Shown: in pieces, positions 47,144 through 55,600 of the stretch
How positions within the stretch are numbered: the first letter of the stretch is position 1
Layout of the letters: each line of letters starts with the position of its first letter
Origin: an uncultured virus (IMG/VR IMGVR_UViG_3300032323_002211)
Taxonomy: Duplodnaviria > Heunggongvirae > Uroviricota > Caudoviricetes
IMG/VR virus record: IMGVR_UViG_3300032323_002211
Reading direction: 5' to 3' (one strand)
Length of the DNA stretch: 64,000 nt
Position numbers and translations under genes: made by a program
The notes under the pieces: model-generated
Databases searched by the model: none
Seen by the model: the letters and a program-made list of their open reading frames with translations, nothing else
Told to the model about the DNA's origin: nothing

Positions 47144-47671
47144 TTATCCTTCATCTGCAAAGCCTTTGACCACTAAATTAGACTTTGTGTCCTCGAAAGC
47201 GTTATTCCAAAAGTTTTTCTCGTCACCTGTGAATGATTTGTCCTGAAATACGTCAAAACCCGCACTTTTAGGAACACCCCATACTCCATTTACAATAGCG
47301 TTTTCGCTACCCGTAAATGAGTGTACATCGTCCTTGTTTCTAAGTATTTTGTGTACTAGTCCTCTTTTTAGAATTTCAATTCTGTCAAAGAAACGCTTTC
47401 CATCAGGCTTATATGAAGTGCCAAATTTGATACCCCAATCGTATGCTATTAGATAGCTAGAATCACCTCTAAGCACAAATGGCTTACCATTGATAGTAAG
47501 ATTAGCTACACCATTGTCATAGTCAATACTATCAATTATGATTTTAGGTGACCATAGATTGTTTTTATAAAAGCTATAAAGACCAAAAACAGCGACTATA
47601 CCCGTAGATATTGCTGCAATCTTTAAAAAAGTACTATTTGCTTTGCTTAAATTAGCTGTTAAATCTGCCAT
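47144..47671 (-). CDS. N-anchored membrane protein with two SFTG motifs
   Basis: Start reassigned to MADLTAN (47671) to avoid the overlap with the lysin gene. Confidence 0.65.
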   Translation of the reverse strand: MADLTANLSKANSTFLKIAAISTGIVAVFGLYSFYKNNLWSPKIIIDSIDYDNGVANLTINGKPFVLRGDSSYLIAYDWGIKFGTSYKPDGKRFFDRIEILKRGLVHKILRNKDDVHSFTGSENAIVNGVWGVPKSAGFDVFQDKSFTGDEKNFWNNAFEDTKSNLVVKGFADEG

Positions 47672-47672
47672 A

Positions 47673-48272
47673 TTATGCCATTGTTGTATGAAGTGAATCG
47701 AAATGTTTTTGACGGTCAGCCAATCCAATTGTGCCTCCATTTACCCTTTTGGTAACTGCAAGTACTACTTCGTGACCATGACCTTTGTCACAAATATCCC
47801 ACAATTTGTTGGTATGGAAGAAAAAAGCTGCACTCATAAGTGGGTATTTTGTGGCAACTAAATCAGGGTCTGCTAAAATATCGTCTTCTACAAACTTATC
47901 AAAAGCTGTATAATTGTTCTTTCCTGTAAGTTGGATGTAGCCGCGTCCCCTGAACTTGTAGCCATCACCACTAGCCTCATCACCATTACCCATACGGCTA
48001 CCATAAACCTTGTTAGCAATCTTTTCAGGTTGTCTAGCGTATTTTGCAGCTAGTTCAGTAGTAGGAAAATACTTTGGAAATATCTTACGAAGTCCATCTG
48101 CTGAATAGTTTAGGTTTTCTTTGGTAAACTTGAAATGACCACTTTCGTGACCACATTGAGCCAAGAAGTGACATAACCTTAAAGGATTGGTCACACCAAA
48201 CTTTTCCATAATTGCAGGTATTTCGTCTAATACTGCCTGTGGTAACTTTGTTCCTAATTTTGAAATATCCAT
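47673..48272 (-). CDS. GH19-family endolysin
   Basis: HFLAQCGHESG, ENLNYS, GDGYKFRGRGYIQLTGKNNY, TKRVNGG. Confidence 0.9.
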   Translation of the reverse strand: MDISKLGTKLPQAVLDEIPAIMEKFGVTNPLRLCHFLAQCGHESGHFKFTKENLNYSADGLRKIFPKYFPTTELAAKYARQPEKIANKVYGSRMGNGDEASGDGYKFRGRGYIQLTGKNNYTAFDKFVEDDILADPDLVATKYPLMSAAFFFHTNKLWDICDKGHGHEVVLAVTKRVNGGTIGLADRQKHFDSLHTTMA

Positions 48273-48277
48273 TTAAT

Positions 48278-48595
48278 TTATTTATAAGCTGTTATAAAAG
48301 ATACTTGATTCATTTGTTCAGGCTTTATAAGAGCCAAACCACCCTTTTGTTCTAAGTACTGAACTTTTGTAGTCAAAGAAGCTAGAGAGCTATCACAATG
48401 CCTAATATGTTCAGTTTTTATGCTGTCTCTATATTCTAGCATAGTTATTCGCTTATCCTGACTATCTGTGTATTTATGGAATGTACCTTTCATATCCATG
48501 TACACATACACAATGCCTATAATAACAATAAATAGCATAGCTACTATTGGGTTCTTTGCGAATGTTTTGTAGTCCATCGGAGCTTTAACTTCCAT
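48278..48595 (-). CDS. Membrane/coiled-coil protein in the lysis cluster
   Basis: One TM helix then a coiled coil. Confidence 0.6.
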   Translation of the reverse strand: MEVKAPMDYKTFAKNPIVAMLFIVIIGIVYVYMDMKGTFHKYTDSQDKRITMLEYRDSIKTEHIRHCDSSLASLTTKVQYLEQKGGLALIKPEQMNQVSFITAYK

Positions 48596-48861
48596 TATTC
48601 TTCAGTTTTAGGTTCTTCAGATTTTGCTAAATTCTTATTACCAAAAATGGCTTCAGCACCTGAAATTCCAAGACAGCCAAACGTTGTGTACATCAAGCCA
48701 TTAAATACAATTGGCTCAATTACAAACTCTTTGTGGAGAGCACCTGTAATTACGTCTGTTAAGCCATAAACTATCATTGTGACAAAGGAAATGAAACCCA
48801 CAACTGTTTTAGAGTTTATATCACTTTTGTCAGAAAACATTTTTATTAAAAACTGCTTCAT
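48595..48861 (-). CDS. Holin-like two-TM protein
   Basis: Two hydrophobic helices, charged C-terminus, near the endolysin. Confidence 0.5.
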   Translation of the reverse strand: MKQFLIKMFSDKSDINSKTVVGFISFVTMIVYGLTDVITGALHKEFVIEPIVFNGLMYTTFGCLGISGAEAIFGNKNLAKSEEPKTEE

Positions 48862-48895
48862 ATATTGTATTTAGTAATTAAAATTAAGTATATTT

Positions 48896-49336
48896 TTATT
48901 TTTTTAGGTTAAAATCTTTATTAATTCCTAGTGAATAAGACGAAACCGTACTTCCGAAAGCACTCTGAACTCCATAGCTTAATACAAATGAGTACTTATT
49001 TTTTAATGGTACGGCATAGTTAAAGTCATATTCCATTGTAATGTCTTTATAGTGATAAAAATATCCTATTGCAGCACTTACGCTAAAATTGTCGATTAAA
49101 GGGAAAGTAGCCATAACTTCTTGATAAAAGTCCTTGTTATCCAAAGTCCACCACCCACTATTAATACCAATAGCTGTTTTACCAAAATATTTCCCCACTT
49201 CCACAGTAGCTCCGATGAGATTTCTAGTATCATTCAATGGGGTATTAAAAGCTACATTTGGTGCAGCCATAACATAGTACTGAGCTTTAGACTTGATTGA
49301 TAAACAGAGTATTATGATTAAAAAGAACTTTTTCAT
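48896..49336 (-). CDS. Putative small outer-membrane beta-barrel protein
   Basis: Signal peptide ending KAQ, then amphipathic aromatic-rich strands. Confidence 0.55.
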   Translation of the reverse strand: MKKFFLIIILCLSIKSKAQYYVMAAPNVAFNTPLNDTRNLIGATVEVGKYFGKTAIGINSGWWTLDNKDFYQEVMATFPLIDNFSVSAAIGYFYHYKDITMEYDFNYAVPLKNKYSFVLSYGVQSAFGSTVSSYSLGINKDFNLKK

Positions 49337-49995
49337 TTTTTACCTTTTGTTGTATTTTTTTTTGCTACTTTTTTTACTACCTTTTTTTTAGTCTTGGTCA
49401 CAGGTTTTTTGACAGACCTATTTTTAAACATATCATAGATTAAAGACCCAAGAAGTGCTATTGCCAAAGCCATAGCTCCGATAATAAAATTAGAAAAACT
49501 ATTAAGTAAACTTATTATTTTTTTTGTGTCCTCAGAACCTATAGTAGTTTGAATGTTTACTAATTTGTTGATATTTTCCAAAACAGGATATATTTTTTCA
49601 TCCATTTTTTTGGCTTCTTCTTCAGTTATTATTTCATCTTTGGTTATTTCGGCAAAATAATTGTCGGCAGAATCTATATATTTTTTAGATATTTCAGCTA
49701 TAATTTTTTCCTCATCAGCAAGATAGGTTCTTAGGTATGCAGCCCACATTGTATCTGTGATTCTTTTTTCTTCTAAAATTGGTGCAAGGTCTATTTTACC
49801 TCCTTTGATACCTTTTATTTGGTCTTGTATGGCTGTTCCATAATAATCAAACTTTCTGCTTAAATATGGCTGAGGCACTAACCTGTCCTCATAAACACTT
49901 ATTGCAATCTTTTTAGTATTTAATTCTACATATTTACCGAATCCTGAAATTCCTAAAATAATCAAGGTCAATAAAATCAACATTAAATTTTTCAT
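49333..49995 (-). CDS. Two-TM protein with a chemoreceptor-type four-helix-bundle domain
   Basis: TM, SVYEDRLVP...WAAYLRTYL..EEK, TM, short basic tail. Confidence 0.55.
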   Translation of the reverse strand: MKNLMLILLTLIILGISGFGKYVELNTKKIAISVYEDRLVPQPYLSRKFDYYGTAIQDQIKGIKGGKIDLAPILEEKRITDTMWAAYLRTYLADEEKIIAEISKKYIDSADNYFAEITKDEIITEEEAKKMDEKIYPVLENINKLVNIQTTIGSEDTKKIISLLNSFSNFIIGAMALAIALLGSLIYDMFKNRSVKKPVTKTKKKVVKKVAKKNTTKGKK

Positions 49996-50327
49996 CGTTT
50001 TCTTTTTGGTTTTGGTTGTTCTTTTTTCATAAATGACATAGGGTCAGCAGCAAACTGTCCACTTATTTTAAGTACTCCTTGTATTATTTCAGGACTATTT
50101 AACCCGACTAACCCATATGCTATTGCTTTGTACATAGAATCCATTTCAAATTGTTCCATTATGAACCATGCTATCATTGATGCAATCATGGAACTAAGCA
50201 TTTTTTTTACAACATCACTACCTGCTAGTTTATCGTTAGTTGTAACGAGTCTTGCTATCATACCCGCTGCACCTATCAATAGCACTACCCATCCACCTCC
50301 TAAAAATTGTTGTATTAACTTGTTCAA
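49992..50327 (-). CDS. Holin-like three-TM protein
   Basis: Three hydrophobic segments and a basic C-terminus. Confidence 0.5.
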   Translation of the reverse strand: MNKLIQQFLGGGWVVLLIGAAGMIARLVTTNDKLAGSDVVKKMLSSMIASMIAWFIMEQFEMDSMYKAIAYGLVGLNSPEIIQGVLKISGQFAADPMSFMKKEQPKPKRKR

Positions 50328-50360
50328 AAAAATTCAATTATCAAATTTTAAAATGCCAAC

Positions 50361-50642
50361 CTACCATAATATCTTATCTGCATAAAAACCTGCACTTCCT
50401 CTGACGTGCCTGTCTTTTTCGTGCCTCATTTTATATGCCTTTCTCCTTCTTTTTGCGAACTCAAGACCTTTTTTCTGTTTCCACAAATGAAAGTCATTCA
50501 TTCCCAAAGCTCCGATTGAGGCTATCTTTTCACCTTTGGCATTAAAAACATCAACCTTCTTGCCTTTTACGGTAGAAGGTTTAATGCTTACTCCGAGCCT
50601 TTTGGCTGCAGCGTAACTTGCTTTTGATATTTTATATGCCAT
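50361..50642 (-). CDS. Tlr6F/DUF5754-like basic protein
   Basis: KK.DV...SIGALGMNDF...RRKAYKMRH...SAGFYADKILW. Confidence 0.6.
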   Translation of the reverse strand: MAYKISKASYAAAKRLGVSIKPSTVKGKKVDVFNAKGEKIASIGALGMNDFHLWKQKKGLEFAKRRRKAYKMRHEKDRHVRGSAGFYADKILW

Positions 50643-50645
50643 AGT

Positions 50646-51152
50646 CTATTTGTCTTTCAAAACTACCCTTCCAAGCGTCACTAGAGCTATCACTCCACCT
50701 AAAGCCCACAAAACCCAATCTGAACTTTGCTCTTTCTCAACTGCAGGTGCAGGAGCGGGAGTTGGGTCAGGTGTCGGAGCGGGTGCAGGTGTCGGGGCAG
50801 GAGCGGGAGCGGGTGCAGGAGGTGTAACTCCACCTTTTGCAGCCATATCCTTCTTTGCCTTTCCTTCTAGCATTCTAGCTGTGTTAGCAGCGTAAACATC
50901 TTTATTTTTAAACCAAAGATTTACTTTACCTACTAGAACGTCATCAGCGTCTTCTACTAGTTTTTGTAATTCCTCTAGTTCTTCTCTTAATTCCTCTTTG
51001 TCTTCGTCATCTACGTCATTGAAATCATTTTGTATGTCTACAAGTGATTCGTACTGAGTGTAAAAGTCTCTAATGGCTTTTTTGATTGGCTGTGACATTT
51101 GTTCTTTGTCAATGCCTAGTTCTTGGATTTTTTCTTCGAATTTGATGTTCAT
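50646..51152 (-). CDS. C-anchored membrane protein with acidic coil and PA linker
   Basis: MAAKGG followed by (PA)n and a TM helix. Confidence 0.7.
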   Translation of the reverse strand: MNIKFEEKIQELGIDKEQMSQPIKKAIRDFYTQYESLVDIQNDFNDVDDEDKEELREELEELQKLVEDADDVLVGKVNLWFKNKDVYAANTARMLEGKAKKDMAAKGGVTPPAPAPAPAPTPAPAPTPDPTPAPAPAVEKEQSSDWVLWALGGVIALVTLGRVVLKDK

Positions 51153-51182
51153 TTTGTTTTATTTTATTGGTTATGTTTTGAA

Positions 51183-51896
51183 TTATATTGCCTTATCCTT
51201 GTAGATAAGTGATAAGAACCCGTCAATACCTAACATTTTAAGTAAATATCCTCTACTTTCTGCAGGGACTAGAGGGTTTCTAGATAGCGTTGTACTATCT
51301 ATTGGTTCTAAAATTGCTTTTGTTCCACTACTGATTGCTTTGTTGTAAGCTCCTGCGTTGTAAGCAACCATAGCTTTATTTAACTGACCTCCTGAAAGGA
51401 TTGTAGTAAACCTTTCTAAAAGCCATCTGAGTATCATAGTACCTGCCATTACGTTGAAATTAGCATCTCTTTGTAGATTAGACAAAATACTACTTCTAAG
51501 ACCTGCCGTTAAGGTTTTAGCCTTTAACAACTCAGGTACTCTTTGATTTAAAAGATTAACGCTTTCTTGAGGTAACGGGCTATCCACTTCGCTTTTCCAT
51601 TTTCTAGCCACTTCGTATATAGCTGTAGGTGTCACTTGCATAAGACCTGTAGCCTGATACTTGTTTGGAGCTGCCATAGTACCGCCACTTTCAGTAGCAA
51701 TAAAGCTGATAATCACACCAACAGGTATTTCGTACAAAGTAGCCCATTTTTCTATGATTTGACCATAGTTAGAGTTAATCTGTTGAATTACTTTGATGTT
51801 AGCAGCCTTAACTGATGGGGTGCTATAATTATAAGTACCTGCCTTAAAGGAAGTTTTAATATCAGGAACTTTTACGAATATCTTTGAGTAAGCCAT
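51183..51896 (-). CDS. Lytic transglycosylase (SLT/GH23)
   Basis: IATESGG, ATGLMQV, AYNAG. Confidence 0.85.
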   Translation of the reverse strand: MAYSKIFVKVPDIKTSFKAGTYNYSTPSVKAANIKVIQQINSNYGQIIEKWATLYEIPVGVIISFIATESGGTMAAPNKYQATGLMQVTPTAIYEVARKWKSEVDSPLPQESVNLLNQRVPELLKAKTLTAGLRSSILSNLQRDANFNVMAGTMILRWLLERFTTILSGGQLNKAMVAYNAGAYNKAISSGTKAILEPIDSTTLSRNPLVPAESRGYLLKMLGIDGFLSLIYKDKAI

Positions 51897-51906
51897 CTAT
51901 ATAATT

Positions 51907-52053
51907 TTAAGCGTCTTTGGTATCGTCTTCTACTTCAATAGTAAAAGAACCTTCTTTAATCTTTGTAGTGTTTTTTTTAGCTACAATTTTAGTGTAAGCA
52001 AAGTAGCCTAAACCTAAGATTGCAAGACCGATTACGATGTTTTTTAAATTCAT
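51907..52053 (-). CDS. Small membrane protein (48 aa)
   Basis: Read manually: MNLKNIVIGLAILGLGYFAYTK... Confidence 0.65.
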   Translation of the reverse strand: MNLKNIVIGLAILGLGYFAYTKIVAKKNTTKIKEGSFTIEVEDDTKDA

Positions 52054-52054
52054 T

Positions 52055-52636
52055 TTATTTCTTTTTTGTGTACAAATATATTCCAAGTCCTAATAGTAAA
52101 ATGCCTAAACCTAGCCCTTTCTTGTTTTTTCCCACAAATTCCACTAATTGTGCCCTCAACATCAGAAGTTTTACACCCCCTGCATATTGGGATATTTCCT
52201 TTTCGGCTTGAGGTGTGCCATAAGCCCCGAATCCGTAGTAACTTCTCTTTTTAAGTAGTCTAGCAAACTCTTCAGGGGTTTTAGCATTTTTTAGTTGCTC
52301 AGGGGTTACACCTCCCATTGTCTTGCTATAAAGCCTTACTATCTTATCCGTAGCACTATCTTCAACTGAGCGGAACTTTGCGTAGTGGTCTGAGTTTTTA
52401 CATTCCCCACCACTTCTGCAAGAGGCACTTCTTTCGTTTGCAGGTGCTAGTGTTCCTCTAGTTGCTAGTGGCTGACCAATGAATTTCATACCGCTAGTGT
52501 TGTTATTTGCTTTGAATACTGCTGATGTGTAGTTAGCACTCTCAAAACGAGCTTGTCCTACCACAAACTTAGCTGCAGTAGGAGTAAAGCCCTGTTTAAT
52601 AGCGGTATCGTATATGATTTGGTCGTAGTTAGCCAT
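52055..52636 (-). CDS. Membrane-anchored glucosaminidase (GH73/FlgJ-like)
   Basis: GQARFESANY, NNTSGMK, YAKFRSVEDS; C-terminal TM helix. Confidence 0.65.
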   Translation of the reverse strand: MANYDQIIYDTAIKQGFTPTAAKFVVGQARFESANYTSAVFKANNNTSGMKFIGQPLATRGTLAPANERSASCRSGGECKNSDHYAKFRSVEDSATDKIVRLYSKTMGGVTPEQLKNAKTPEEFARLLKKRSYYGFGAYGTPQAEKEISQYAGGVKLLMLRAQLVEFVGKNKKGLGLGILLLGLGIYLYTKKK

Positions 52637-55600
52637 TATTTTTTCTTTTTAGCCATTTTCTCTTTTAACTGAGCCATTCTAGAGCCAACGATTCTTTGAG
52701 CTGATTCTTTAGCCTCTGCCTTTGAGTAAGTCTTACCATAGTCCTTTTGAACCTTTGGAGAAACCTTTTTACGCTTTAGTAAAGACTCTTGAACAGATTT
52801 TACTTTGTCAGCAAATTTTACTTTGCCACCATCAGCCATTTCTTTTATTTCATATAACTCAAGGTCTTTTAGTTCATAACCCCAAATGGCGAAATCTCCC
52901 TCAATTTTTTTATCATTTTTATTCCTTACAAAGCCACCATATACTATATCTCTTTTTAATGGTGTTTTATCTCCACTTGTTATTCTTATTATATTTTTTG
53001 CATTGAATTGTTTATTGTAAATCAAATAATCTTCTCCAACTTTTAGTTCACTTATTTTTGTTATTCTTTTACCCTTTTCATAGTTTTCCCAACCTCTTCC
53101 ACCTACTTTGCCACCATCAGCCATAGCCTCTTTTACGCTGAATGATAAATCACCTCCAAATTTAATTTTATACTTTTCTTCGTAATCTTCACCCATTTCT
53201 TTTGCCTCTCTGATATTCTTAGCTCTGAATCTTTCTTCTCCTACTTCTTTTCCGTCTTTAGAAACTTTTAAGATGTAAAGGCTATCACTTGAATAAATAC
53301 CACCTTTAGCCATTTGTTTGAGTTCAGTTATTTTGATGTTAGTATGTCCGAGTTTCAATAACCTTTTACCTCTGTCTTCAACCATTTCTTTAGATTCCCA
53401 AACTTCAGATTGTTTTTCTCCATCCTCTGTGTATTCAATTTTGTATTTACCCTTAGTTTTTCCATAAGGTTTAAATTCTCCACCTTTAGCCATGTAGCCA
53501 CTATATGTTTTTAATCTTTGCTTTTGCTCTTTGCTACCAAACTGCTTAACATAGTCTACTACTTCTTTTTCAATAGTCTTTATTTGAGCTTCAGTTAGTT
53601 CTTTGATATTTTTAGTATAAAGGTTATTTGTTTCCTTTAACACACCATTGGTTTGAATTGAAAACGCTCTTTGGTTCGGGAATGATACCTTAACAACAGA
53701 ATTTCCATTAGAATCCATGCCAAACCCATTTAAGTACAAGTTTGAGTTATCAAATGCTATTTCGCCACCTTTAGCCATCATACCACCATCTTCTTTTATC
53801 GTACCATCAATAATCAAATCACCATCGGCTATCCTTTTGTTTGTATGACTTAAACTAGCATTATGAATGTATGTCATACCTTTAGTACCTTTTCTTTTGT
53901 CTTTATGAGTAATCATATATGCTATGATATTGTCAGATTTATTTACTCCTTTAACTCTATATTCATCTCCATTATCAGTGTCTACTAATAAATCTCCAAC
54001 AAAAATATCAAAAGACTTTGCTTTACCACCTTTAGCCATATATGGTACTATTCTAATATTTTTATGAATACCATCTCTCAAAGCAGGTACATGACTTATT
54101 TTAAATTTAGCAGCACTTTCAGTTTTGAATATTTCAGGTTTACCATAGATATCTGTTCTTGTTTTTTCATTACCACTTGAATCTACATACTTAATTACAA
54201 AACCACCTTCAGCCATGTAGCCACCTTTCTCAAATTCGATACCTTGCTTACCCATTTCATTTCTTGCCTTACCAATTAACTTGAGGTGTAACTCTTGTCT
54301 CTTTTTACCATTTTCACTTGATAAACTACCTTCTTTTTCGTGTAAAGCCAATATTTCTTTTGCCTTAGCTAAATCTTCTTTTGTACCAAAATGCTTTGCA
54401 AGTAAGACTACATTCTCGCTATGTGCGTTTTCGTCTTCGTTCTCTTCGTATTTCTTTTTGATTGAGCTTAAATCACAACCCTTTGCCATGTAGCCACCTT
54501 TTTCATAGCCACTATAATTTTGTGGTGCATTAATTGAGAAAACTATATCATCTACACTAACATTTTTTTCTTCGCCATTAGGGAATTTAACTGAATAATA
54601 AATACCTTCAGATGCAACACCATCGGTACTTGGGTACATATAATATCCCTCCTTAACAAATACTTTAGTTCCGTCTTTAAGATACAAATAATTCTCTATT
54701 TTATGTTTTCCATAATTTTTATAAACTCCACCATCAGCCATGTAGCCACCTTTAGCTTTTTTGCCAAATACTTCAGTATATCTTGTATAAACAGCCTTCT
54801 TTAAATCATACCAAGAAGTAGGTTTTTTATTGCTTTCATCAATTATATCTAAACTAATGTCGTTTCGCCAATCTTCTTGTAAATAGTTTTCCAAATTATC
54901 TAGTGTTTTTTCACTAACTACATATTTACCAATTTTTCTATTGTCGCTGCTTAAACCTTTAAAAAATAATTCGATTTCGTAATTTTGTCCAACCTTACCG
55001 CCATCAGCCATTTTCAATCCATCTAGGTAGTGTGTAATATCACTTAAATCGGTTTCAGCTCTCTCTGATTTAGAAAGTACCCATGCTTCAATTTCAGTAT
55101 TAGGGGTTACAGCACCTTCTAGCTCTTCAGCATGGTGCTTGATAGCTTTAATGTTGCTCATAAGCATTTCATAGTTGCCTTCTGCAACGCTACCGCCATC
55201 TTCAAAGAAACCGAATAGTTTAGTTTCTTTTGGTCTGCCACCTTCAAAATCTTCTAAATCTTTGTAAACTGACTTCTGACCATCAGTAAATAAGAACTTT
55301 CCTTTGTTTTCGCCTGAATCTATTTTACCAATAAACTTGAACTCTTCGCCACTTTTGTCTCTGTACCAACGTCCTGCAGTCATGCCACCTAAAGCATATA
55401 AACCACCTTTTTCAGCTTTTTCCATTCTTACAGCTATTTCTTTAAGGTGCTGAGGAACAAAAGAGAATAGGTTAATTGACATTTCAGCTCTGTAATTGTA
55501 AATAGACGCACTCATAATGTCACTAACAGCGTCATAAAAGTTAGCGTCATCTGCACCTGCAGTTTCTACTACTAATTTCTCGATTCCGAATAAACCATCT

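Noticed and set aside
47672..47740. N-terminal extension of the 198-aa ORF
   Set aside because: Overlaps the endolysin 3' end; an ATG at 47671 just after the lysin stop is more plausible.
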